NCBI GenBank assembly: GCA_963735595.1
Contig: CAVTLK010000001.1
Location: forward strand, 768,001 to 832,000
DNA from: an uncultured delta proteobacterium
GTDB taxonomy: Bacteria; Desulfobacterota; Zymogenia; Zymogenales; Zymogenaceae
Direction: 5' to 3'
Length of the DNA: 64,000 nt
Shown here piece by piece: positions 10,395 to 18,663 of this stretch. The notes under the pieces were generated by a model. It searched no databases, had not been told where the DNA came from, and was given only the letters and a program-made list of their open reading frames with translations. Within the stretch, counting starts at the first letter, position 1. Each line of letters opens with the position of its first letter. A program made the position numbers and the translations under genes.

Positions 10395-10910
10395 CTATAC
10401 CAGCTCTCTGGCTGCCGCCAGAATAGCATCGTAGTGGGGTTCATTCGATACGTCGCCAACGATCTCGATATGACGGATCGTCCCCTCCCGATCGAGGACA
10501 AAGACCGCCCGCGCAAGGAGCCGGGTTTCCTTCGTCAGGACGCCGTATTTGGTACCGAAATCGGCCTCACGGTGGTCGGAATAGGTCTTGACCCGCTCGA
10601 CGCCGGCCGCGGCGCACCAGCGTCTCTGAGCAAAGGGGAGATCCATACTGATCGTGATGATTTCCACGTCCGACGACAGGTTAGCCGCTTCCTGATTGAA
10701 ACGCCGTGTTTCGAGGTCGCACGTGGGTGTATCCAGCGACGGTACGGCCGAGATGACGATAATCTTTCCCTTCAGGGAAGAGAGACTAAAGTTGCCAAGG
10801 TTATTGTCGACCGCAATAAAATCAGGCGCCCGATCCCCGACCTTCACCTCGTCGCCGACGAGCGTCAGCGGTATGCCCCCCACCGTAATCACTCCCGTGC
10901 GCTCTTTCAT
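10395..10910 (-). CDS. tpx: Thiol peroxidase Tpx
   Basis: PSLDTPTC, SMDLPFAQRRWC, LARAVFV and EPHYD. Confidence 0.95.
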   Translation of the reverse strand: MKERTGVITVGGIPLTLVGDEVKVGDRAPDFIAVDNNLGNFSLSSLKGKIIVISAVPSLDTPTCDLETRRFNQEAANLSSDVEIITISMDLPFAQRRWCAAAGVERVKTYSDHREADFGTKYGVLTKETRLLARAVFVLDREGTIRHIEIVGDVSNEPHYDAILAAARELV

Positions 10911-10984
10911 ATCTCACCATCCTTATGCGCGATAGTTTATTATATCACGGTTCCGCGTAGAACTCAGTCTCCTCGATGAAGTGT

Positions 10985-11029
10985 GGTAATGATTACTATT
11001 ATTATATGTATCCTTGCACGTTGTGTCAA
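10985..11029 (-). promoter_or_regulatory. Consensus sigma70 promoter of the tpx operon with a Fur/PerR-like box
   Basis: Minus strand TTGACA (11029-11024)-17 bp-TATAAT (11006-11001); GGTAATGATTACTATTATT at 10985-11003 matches the Fur box at 14/19. Confidence 0.75.
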
Positions 11030-11158
11030 GTACAGGAGTGTTCTATTCCCTCTTTTTCTGTGGTCCGTGTTGACAGATACTTAAAAAGCGTGCCGGGCCG
11101 AGCAGTTTATCAGGATCGGAAATCTGTTGGGCGACCGAGAAACCGGCCCGGAACGACG

Positions 11159-11926
11159 CTACCGGGAACCGCCACGGGAGTCTCTCCCCCGGATCTTCAT
11201 CCAGGGGTCGATGACGAGGAAACTCTCGGAGATCTCGGCGGCCATCTCCCAGAGCATCGCGTTCGGGACCGCAAATGTCATCGTGCAGGGGTCGAGATAC
11301 GGACGGCACGTGATGTCAAAGCTCCCGAGGACCGCCTTCGGGAGATCGCGGCGCGCCTGCACCCTGGGCTCGGTGAGGAGGCTGTAGCAGCCGGAGGAGA
11401 ACTGGACCAGTACGTTATCCCTGCCGGGCCGGGCGTAGTTGGCAAGAAACAGCAATGCCCCCATGACATCGGCATTTCCGAATATTACGGCGGCCTCCGG
11501 CGGCTCGTCCGCCGTAAACTCGCCGAGGGGTCGGAAGACAAGATAGTCTGCCCCGGCCGGGACGTATTCCATAAGCGCCGCCGCCTCTTCGCCGAGCTCG
11601 GGGTTTTTCTTGTATCGCTCGCCGGGCAGCAGGTTCGGAATACCCGTGGAGAGAAACTTGCCGACCCCCTTCATGAGGCTCTTCCTGTACCCGGCATAGA
11701 AGGCCCCTCCCCGGCAGGCCTTCCAGTCGCTGGAGAAGTAAACGGTCTTACCCTTTCTGACCTGGTTGAGAAACGGGTAGAGACAAACCCGGCTCTTGTC
11801 AGTCACCGTAAGCGCACCCGCGGGGGGGCCGTTCGTGTAGTAAAAGCCGATCGGCCGGTCGGCGAGCCCCAGCGTCTCCACGATATATCGTTCAAGGCCG
11901 CCGAAATCTCCTGTTGCTGGGTACAC
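11159..11926 (-). CDS. DUF169-family protein
   Basis: Conserved Cys (RVCL, ACRGG, SGC), GERYKKNPE and G-x-FDITCR pattern. Confidence 0.75.
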   Translation of the reverse strand: MYPATGDFGGLERYIVETLGLADRPIGFYYTNGPPAGALTVTDKSRVCLYPFLNQVRKGKTVYFSSDWKACRGGAFYAGYRKSLMKGVGKFLSTGIPNLLPGERYKKNPELGEEAAALMEYVPAGADYLVFRPLGEFTADEPPEAAVIFGNADVMGALLFLANYARPGRDNVLVQFSSGCYSLLTEPRVQARRDLPKAVLGSFDITCRPYLDPCTMTFAVPNAMLWEMAAEISESFLVIDPWMKIRGRDSRGGSR

Positions 11927-11935
11927 GGCACATCC

Positions 11936-13123
11936 TTACAGTTGATTCATGAGATAGCTATACGCCGATAGCGCGGCCTTTGCCCCCTCACCCGCCGCAA
12001 TGATTACCTGTTTGAAGGGGACGTCCGTTACGTCGCCGGCCGCAAAGATGCCCGCAATCCCCGTCCGGCACGAGCAGTCGATCATGATCTCGCCGGTCTT
12101 GTTGACATTGATTGTATCTACCACGAGGTCCGAATTGGGGAGCAGCCCGATTTCGATGAAGACGCCCTGGACGTCCAGGCGCCTGGCGTTCTTATCGTCC
12201 AGGCCCTGTATCTCGATGCCCTCCACGACCTTCCCGCCGATGATCTTGTTTGTTGAGTGCTCGGTAAAGACCTCGACCTTGTCCGACGACTTAACCTTAT
12301 CCACGAGGATCGGGTCTCCCGTGAGCGGAGTGACCGAAACAAGATAGACCTTTCGCGCCACCTTGATCAGATCCAGCGCGGCCTCCAGGGCGGAGTTGCC
12401 CCCGCCGATTACCGCCGTGTCCATACCCGCAAAAAGCGGTGCGTCGCACGTGGAGCAGTACGCAACACCCTTGCCCAGCAGCTCCGCTTCCCCCGGCACG
12501 TTGAGCATCCGCGGGCGCTTGCCCATCGCGAGGATAACGGTGCGGGCAAGGTAGATCGTCCCGTCGTCGAGAAACACCTTCTTGATCTTTCCGGTAAGAT
12601 CAAGCGACGCTACCTCGGGACCGACGAGTTTAGCCACGCCGTACTTGACCACGTGCTCCTCGAACCGGCTGATGAGGTCGGCCGTTTCGATTTCGGAGAA
12701 GCCGAGATAGTTTTCTATATCGAAGGTGTCGGTTACCTGCCCCCCGATGTTCTTTGATATAAGAATCGTCTTCATCAGTTTTCGGGCGGTGTAGACCGCC
12801 GCCGAGAGACCGGCCGGCCCCCCCCCGACGATGATGACATCATAGAGCGGCAACGGCTTTTCCGCCAGCGGCCTCCCGAGGAGTTCATAGAGCTCGCCGG
12901 TCGCCTCCAGGTGTATCAGGTCCCCGTACCCCCCGATCGGCTTATTATCGACGACGATCTGGGGCAGTGACCCGCCCCCGGTCAGTTTCTTCATCGACTC
13001 CCACTGGCGGGAATGGGGCCGTACCTCTACTTCCTCGTACGTGATTTCCTTTTCGGCCAAAAAGGCCTTGGCCCGCATACAGAAAGGGCAGCCCGCAAGG
13101 GTATAGATAACAACCGGTTTCAT
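11936..13123 (-). CDS. Glutaredoxin-thioredoxin reductase (AhpF-like) fusion
   Basis: N-terminal Grx domain (CPFC, LPQI, IGGY) fused to an FAD/NAD(P)H reductase (GGGPAG, CSTCD, GGGNSA). Confidence 0.9.
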   Translation of the reverse strand: MKPVVIYTLAGCPFCMRAKAFLAEKEITYEEVEVRPHSRQWESMKKLTGGGSLPQIVVDNKPIGGYGDLIHLEATGELYELLGRPLAEKPLPLYDVIIVGGGPAGLSAAVYTARKLMKTILISKNIGGQVTDTFDIENYLGFSEIETADLISRFEEHVVKYGVAKLVGPEVASLDLTGKIKKVFLDDGTIYLARTVILAMGKRPRMLNVPGEAELLGKGVAYCSTCDAPLFAGMDTAVIGGGNSALEAALDLIKVARKVYLVSVTPLTGDPILVDKVKSSDKVEVFTEHSTNKIIGGKVVEGIEIQGLDDKNARRLDVQGVFIEIGLLPNSDLVVDTINVNKTGEIMIDCSCRTGIAGIFAAGDVTDVPFKQVIIAAGEGAKAALSAYSYLMNQL

Positions 13124-13257
13124 GGTCGGCTCCTCCGGCGGCTATGCCAAGACGACATCACCCGGATAAACGGCGTCCGAATCGATCTGCCGGCCGCTCT
13201 CCCGGACGCGCTCGGACGGCTGCGACGAATCGGAGCACTATGGTGCTGCGCCGGTTT

Positions 13258-13506
13258 CTACGATTTTATTCCGAGTGCCTTCTTTATCCGTTCCTCGTCA
13301 AAACCCACGATGATCTCATCGCCGATATGGATCACCGGAACCGAGAGTCCCCCATCGGTGATTTTGCGCATCTCTTCAAGAGCCGTCTTATCGGTGGTGA
13401 CGTCATGATCAGTATACGCTACGCCTTTTTGTGAAAGAAACTCCTTCACCTTTTTGCAGTAAGGTCAGGTGGGAGTCGAATAAATGGTTACCTTCGGCTC
13501 TTCCAT
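13258..13506 (-). CDS. Glutaredoxin-like (NrdH/YruB-type) protein with in-frame UGA, probable selenocysteine (UPYC)
   Basis: ATG 13506 with RBS AGGAG: MEEPKVTIYSTPT-TGA-PYCKKVKEFL...SVPVI..IIVGFD; the TGA at 13467-13465 is the first position of the CxxC motif. Confidence 0.88.
13426..13464 (-). promoter_or_regulatory. Putative bacterial SECIS hairpin
   Basis: GTGAAGGA-GTT-TCTTTCAC stem starts 15 nt after the UGA, with a G in the apical loop. Confidence 0.55.
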
Positions 13507-13535
13507 GACAACGCTCCTGTGAAGAATTGATGTTT

Positions 13536-13697
13536 TTATGATTCCTTTTCAAATTCGCTCTTGGCCGCCCCGCAGACCGGACAAACCCAGTCATCGGGCA
13601 GTTTCGAAAAGGGCGTTCCGGGAGAGATATTTCCGTCCGGGTCACCCTTCTCGGGCTCATAGACATAACCGCAGACCGTACAGACATACTTGTCCAT
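13536..13697 (-). CDS. Rubredoxin (53 aa, not in the ORF track)
   Basis: [13 protein letters not shown]...[34 protein letters not shown]. Confidence 0.97.
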   Translation of the reverse strand: MDKYVCTVCGYVYEPEKGDPDGNISPGTPFSKLPDDWVCPVCGAAKSEFEKES

Positions 13698-13775
13698 GCG
13701 ATAACCTCCTTAGTATTCGTTTTATGTAGTGTACCATTAACAACCGGAATCGTGGAAAAAAAATGTTGGGTTCGG

Positions 13776-14738
13776 TCAGGAACCGACGAGCGTAGTTACC
13801 CTTCGTTCTATTTCATCGCGGGTTTCCCGCATGAACGCGATGGGCTTTCCCTCGGGATCGGTAATCCCCCAGTCTGCGAACTCGGCCCCCGGGACCACGG
13901 GGCAGGCGTCCATGCATCCCATAGATATGACGATATCAGGGTCGCCCGCCCTCAGGGCGCTAGTGACGGGTCGTGGAGAGATAAAACCCATGTCGATGCC
14001 CCGCTCGGCCATGACCGCGACCATGTCTGCATTGATCTCGGCGGCCGGGGTGTCTCCGGCGCTTGCGGCATCGAAGCGGTCTCCCGCGAGAAACCGGGTA
14101 AAACCCCAGGCCATCTGGCTCCGGCACGCGTTCCGGCGGCAAAGGAACAGCACTTTCTTCCGCGCGATAAACGGTCTTACGATCGTCCCGGCCAGCTCCC
14201 GGGCGTCGGCCAGCGCCGTAGGATGTTTTTCGATATCACCGGGGTGCTCGATCCGCCGGTAGGAGAGCCCTCCCACGAACGACGCGCCGACGGCGTCAAA
14301 GAAGTATTTCATCGTCAGCGTCGCCCCCTCGAAGAGCTTCTCCCCCTTGGTCGCCCCGACCGACAGGAACACGCCTTTGCGGGACCGCGCCCCCGGATCG
14401 GTCAGCTTGAGCAGGTGCCGCCTGGCCCAGAGGCACTGGGTCCTGTCTATGACCGCCTTGAGAAAGGCGGTCACGCTGTAAAAAAAGATCGGGCTTGCCG
14501 CGACGATCACGTCGGCCCGCCGCATCAGGCCGTAGACGCGCTGCATATCGTCGTCTATCGCACACAAACCGGTCTCTTCGCACGTCCGGCACTCGATACA
14601 GGGCCGAATCGTGAGTGAGGACGGGACGATCGTCTCCGTCTCGGCCCCCAGTCGTCCGGCCTCATCGACGAACTCGGCCAGGAGCCTGTCGCTGTTGCCG
14701 CCGCGGCGCGGGCTTCCCGCGATGCCGAGCACTAACAT
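13776..14738 (-). CDS. Iron-sulfur flavoprotein (flavodoxin-like) fused to an LMW-PTP/ArsC-type domain
   Basis: GSPRRGGNS, CIECRTC-x5-C and SPIFF, then FLCRRNACRSQMA, GCMDACP and WGITDP; ATG overlaps the upstream TAA. Confidence 0.88.
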   Translation of the reverse strand: MLVLGIAGSPRRGGNSDRLLAEFVDEAGRLGAETETIVPSSLTIRPCIECRTCEETGLCAIDDDMQRVYGLMRRADVIVAASPIFFYSVTAFLKAVIDRTQCLWARRHLLKLTDPGARSRKGVFLSVGATKGEKLFEGATLTMKYFFDAVGASFVGGLSYRRIEHPGDIEKHPTALADARELAGTIVRPFIARKKVLFLCRRNACRSQMAWGFTRFLAGDRFDAASAGDTPAAEINADMVAVMAERGIDMGFISPRPVTSALRAGDPDIVISMGCMDACPVVPGAEFADWGITDPEGKPIAFMRETRDEIERRVTTLVGS

Positions 14739-15913
14739 TACAGGTACTCCTTTTGGCCCTTCTGGATGTTTCTGTTGATTTCTTCGGTGAGATCTGCCGG
14801 CAATCCCTGTATGTCGACGTGGAGAAAGCCCCGGACGATCACTCCCACCGCCTCGTCTTCTGTCAGCCCCCGTGCCATGAGGTAGTTGATCTCGGTCTGG
14901 TTTATGCGGCCCACCGCCGCCTCGTGGGAAAGCTCGAGGTCCTCGGCCCTCCCCTCCAGCTCGGGTATGGCGATAATGGACCCGCCGCCGCCCAGTATCA
15001 GGCCCTTGCACTCGAGATGCGCCTTGACCCCCGGGACCTCGCCGATGATCTGCCCGCGGGAATAGATCGTGCCCCCGGTGGTGATGGCGCGGGCGATGAT
15101 CTCCGCCCGGGTGTTCTTGCCAGACAGGACGGCCCGTCCGCCGATATCAAGGGTGGAGCCCTTCGGCGCCACAAGGATCGAATTGAGGCTTGCCACCGCG
15201 TTGTCTCCGGCAAGATGGGTCGAGGGGTACATCTGGATCGACTCGACGGGGTTGAGGACAACGTAGTTATTGATGAACCGTCCGTCCTCCTCTACCCGTA
15301 TTGAGGAGCGGGGCCTCACCACTACCCCCTCCGACCAGTTATGGATCATCGTGAATGAGAGTGTAGCCCCCTTCTTGACATAAAACTCGGATACGCCGAC
15401 GTGCAGACCGGAAGCCACCCCGGGCGCGGTAGAACACCCGGTGATGATATGGAGCTCCGAGCCCTCCTCGGCGATAATAATGTTGTGGACGTTCTGTGCT
15501 ATCCGGTCGGTGGCAAGGTAGAGACAGGCCTGAACCGGCGAGAGTGATTTGACCCCCGGCAGCGCCCGGATAAAGTATCCCAGGTGAGGCCGCTCCTGTG
15601 CCTGCTTGGTGAACTCGTCCTTGTCGGGCTTCACCAGACGCCAGATATACTCGTCGAGCCAGGGGTGGGTAACAAGCGCCGCGTTGATATCCATGACCTC
15701 CAGCCCTTCCTGGGCGACGTTGCAGTGCACGACGCTGTGGTCTTTCTGGAGGTAGGTGCCGGAACGCTCCTGGGAGGTCGTGTCGATCCCGGCAAGGCGC
15801 ATCCGCTTCTTGTCCGGCTCTGATACCGAATCGAGGTCGGCTATATAGGCATGCTCTTTCTTTTCGCTGCTGAACCGATCGACGATCTTCTTATTGTCTA
15901 TTGAATCAGGCAT
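14738..15913 (-). CDS. sufB: SufB/SufD-family Fe-S scaffold (SmsB-like)
   Basis: HLECKGL, AIPEL, LSHEAAVG and YLMARGL. Confidence 0.88.
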   Translation of the reverse strand: MPDSIDNKKIVDRFSSEKKEHAYIADLDSVSEPDKKRMRLAGIDTTSQERSGTYLQKDHSVVHCNVAQEGLEVMDINAALVTHPWLDEYIWRLVKPDKDEFTKQAQERPHLGYFIRALPGVKSLSPVQACLYLATDRIAQNVHNIIIAEEGSELHIITGCSTAPGVASGLHVGVSEFYVKKGATLSFTMIHNWSEGVVVRPRSSIRVEEDGRFINNYVVLNPVESIQMYPSTHLAGDNAVASLNSILVAPKGSTLDIGGRAVLSGKNTRAEIIARAITTGGTIYSRGQIIGEVPGVKAHLECKGLILGGGGSIIAIPELEGRAEDLELSHEAAVGRINQTEINYLMARGLTEDEAVGVIVRGFLHVDIQGLPADLTEEINRNIQKGQKEYL

Positions 15914-16656
15914 TTGAGGCACTCCCCGTATCCGTTGGCGGAAATCTCTCTGAGAAGCTCCCGCGGGTTGGCTTCACAGGCGATGCGCCCATTGTATAAG
16001 ACGTGGCCCTCGTCGGCGTCCAGATAATCCAGAATAAATCCGGTGTGCGTGATAATGAGGCCCGACCGTTTTCGACGCTCCCGCTCTTTCTTTAGGCAGT
16101 ACCGTTTGCCCTCACCGTAGCGGGGCTTGAGGAGGTCTTTGATGGTGTTGCCGATTAGCACGATGCTTTCGAGATCCACCCCCGATTCCGGCTCGTCAAA
16201 CAGCAGCAAGTCGGGTTGCTGCGCCATGAGCTGTAAAAGCTCAGAGCGTTTGATCTCCCCCCCGGAAAAGCCGACGTTCACGTCCCGGTCTAGGAAATTC
16301 TCGAAGTTGATCTCCGAGGCGATCTCCCTGACGTTCTCCTGTTCGCAACCGATCAGGTGTATCAACTGCCCGAGCTTCAAGCCGTCGACGGATGGTGGGC
16401 GCTGAAACGACATCCCGATGCCCATCCGCGCCCGTTCGTGGATCGGAAGCGCGGTGATATCGGTACCTTTGAAATAGATTGCGCCGCGTTTTACCCGGTA
16501 CCCCTCAAAACCCATGATGGTCATGAGCAGCGACGTCTTGCCCGAGCCGTTCGGTCCGAACAGGACGTGCGTCTTGCCCTCAGGCACGTCCAGGTCGATC
16601 TTATCGAGCACCACCTTTCCCTCGATCTCGACCCTGAGGTTCTCTATATGCAGCAT
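15898..16656 (-). CDS. sufC: SufC-type ABC ATPase (SmsC-like, C-terminal CxxC)
   Basis: GPNGSGKT, FSGGEIKR, DEPESGVD and IITH; ends YGECLKC. Confidence 0.9.
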   Translation of the reverse strand: MLHIENLRVEIEGKVVLDKIDLDVPEGKTHVLFGPNGSGKTSLLMTIMGFEGYRVKRGAIYFKGTDITALPIHERARMGIGMSFQRPPSVDGLKLGQLIHLIGCEQENVREIASEINFENFLDRDVNVGFSGGEIKRSELLQLMAQQPDLLLFDEPESGVDLESIVLIGNTIKDLLKPRYGEGKRYCLKKERERRKRSGLIITHTGFILDYLDADEGHVLYNGRIACEANPRELLREISANGYGECLKCLIQ

Positions 16657-16793
16657 AGTTCACGATCTCCCGTACGGTAATCTGTGATATTATATTGTAA
16701 TCTATCCGGGCGTTTCTGTTAATCTTTTTCTCACCGGAAAATCAAAAAAAACCGGGCCGGAAATACGAACCGGTCTGTACGGTCCCCGAGCAC

Positions 16794-16994
16794 CTACGGC
16801 ACGACCCGGTATCCCGCGTCCTCGATCTTTTCCTTGACGGTTTTCACGTCGATCGGCCGATCTTCATCGAAGGTTGCCCGGCCTTTTTTGAGATCGACTT
16901 TGACGTTTCTGATCCCCTCGATTTCCTCAAGGGCCCTCGTCACCGCCATCACGCAGTGATTACAAGTCATTCCTTCCACCGTTATCGTCTTCAT
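16794..16994 (-). CDS. copZ: Heavy-metal (copper) chaperone, HMA domain
   Basis: GMTCNHC motif. Confidence 0.9.
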   Translation of the reverse strand: MKTITVEGMTCNHCVMAVTRALEEIEGIRNVKVDLKKGRATFDEDRPIDVKTVKEKIEDAGYRVVP

Positions 16995-17064
16995 TTTCGC
17001 ACCTCTATGTATCGTCATATTATTATTCTAATCATGACGGCCCTTTTTTTCAATATGGTTTGTT

Positions 17065-17991
17065 TTACTTTCTCCGAGGGCCATAGATCAGATCGAAGAG
17101 GATTATATAGGGGATCATAATGATCGTCATGACTACCGAGGGGAGCGCCGTGCGTTCGGAAAAGAGCAAAAGGCCCAGGCCGGCCGAGATCGCGTAATTC
17201 TTGAGCGTTGCCAGCAGCACCAGGCTGACGCGCGTCCGGCGGTTTACCGAAAGGAGCATGGATACCGCCAGCACGACCCCCCCCGATACCGCCATAATGA
17301 GAATCCAGACAACGGTAGGCGGAACAAGTACTGACGTCTCGTGGATGATAGTGGTATGGTTGGCGGCCACCATGATGAAGAAAGCGATTCCGAAGCACAT
17401 GTTGGTAATGGGTCCCTTGTAAGGCTCGGCGGCGGTATCCAGGCCCACGGCCCGAAGCAGGCGGGAGACGAGAAACGGAACAACAATCAGCACCAGGAGG
17501 ATCACGACGAGCCTGCCCGGTTCCACGATATCCGACCCGATGAAGACAATCGTAATCAAGGGGAGTAACAGAAAGGCCGCGAGCAGCCCGCCCACCATCC
17601 CAAACAGGGAAAGAGTTCGGCTGCCGCCCAGCATCTCTGCAAACGGAACGACGGCCACGGCCGGCGGGGTAGCCGCCGCAAGGATGAAACCGGTGCGCAG
17701 CTCCGGGTCCGCGATGAAAAGCCTGGCCGCGGCAAGTATCACGCCGGTCAGCAACAGATAGCTCACGCCGATCCCGGTAACGGTGTTGCCGAGGATGGCC
17801 TTCGGCGACCTGAATGCCTCGGGACCGATAGAGAGCAACGAGATCATGATCACCAGCGCAAGGACCGGCAAGAGGAGCGGCCGCAGATACGGCTCTGCCC
17901 CGGGCGCCACCAGGGCCAGGACAAGGGCCGCGGTAAAAATAACGTTCCGATCTACCAGGAATCGACCGAAGGTCTTCATGTCCGTAATCAA
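17065..17991 (-). CDS. Bile acid:sodium symporter (BASS)-family transporter
   Basis: About 9-10 TM segments; AATPPAVAV and TLKN motifs. Confidence 0.75.
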   Translation of the reverse strand: MITDMKTFGRFLVDRNVIFTAALVLALVAPGAEPYLRPLLLPVLALVIMISLLSIGPEAFRSPKAILGNTVTGIGVSYLLLTGVILAAARLFIADPELRTGFILAAATPPAVAVVPFAEMLGGSRTLSLFGMVGGLLAAFLLLPLITIVFIGSDIVEPGRLVVILLVLIVVPFLVSRLLRAVGLDTAAEPYKGPITNMCFGIAFFIMVAANHTTIIHETSVLVPPTVVWILIMAVSGGVVLAVSMLLSVNRRTRVSLVLLATLKNYAISAGLGLLLFSERTALPSVVMTIIMIPYIILFDLIYGPRRK

Positions 17992-18617
17992 TCCACGTCG
18001 GCGTCGTTACTGTAACCGCGCCGCTCCCAATATCCTCTATAGTCCGCATTGGAGAGCTCGATCTTCGTGAGCCACTTGACCCATTTGTAGCCGAGTTTGC
18101 CGTCGTTGACTACCTGAAATGGAAATCCCCGCGTGGCGTCCAGAACCAGCCCGTTTATTGTGGCTCCAATCATTATACCCTTTTTTCTCGCGTGATCGTA
18201 CGGTACGGAGGAAGAATAACCGTCCGCGGCGTAAAATATGACGGTTTTCACCCCCGGTGTGGGTCCGGCGATCGCAAGAATATCGTTGAGCAGGACACCT
18301 TCGTAGAGAAGGGTCTCGTCCCATCCCTCGACACAATGAAGGGTGAAGACCTTTTTTACATGCGGCAGCGCCAGCACCTGGTCGTAGGTCAGCTTCAGGG
18401 GTCGTTCCACGAGCCCCGTTACCTCCAGGCGATAGGTGTTCTTGTCGATAGTCTGGGGACCCTTGATGGAATTGTCGTACTTCCGATCGAAGGGATCAAG
18501 CCGAATCCCTTCGTATTCCCGTATCTCGGCCGCTCGCGCGGCTGACGCGAGTACCATGATCAACAGGAACGCTGAAACGATCACCGATATTGCCCGATTA
18601 CGATTATACAAAATCAT
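17988..18617 (-). CDS. Molybdopterin-dependent oxidoreductase (sulfite oxidase / MsrP-like domain)
   Basis: LHCVEGW, GFPFQ, GYKWVKWL and GYWERRGY. Confidence 0.88.
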   Translation of the reverse strand: MILYNRNRAISVIVSAFLLIMVLASAARAAEIREYEGIRLDPFDRKYDNSIKGPQTIDKNTYRLEVTGLVERPLKLTYDQVLALPHVKKVFTLHCVEGWDETLLYEGVLLNDILAIAGPTPGVKTVIFYAADGYSSSVPYDHARKKGIMIGATINGLVLDATRGFPFQVVNDGKLGYKWVKWLTKIELSNADYRGYWERRGYSNDADVD

Positions 18618-18663
18618 AGTGTACCTCCGCTTTTGTTCGGTAGCGTGCCGGTTTCCGGCCCCG

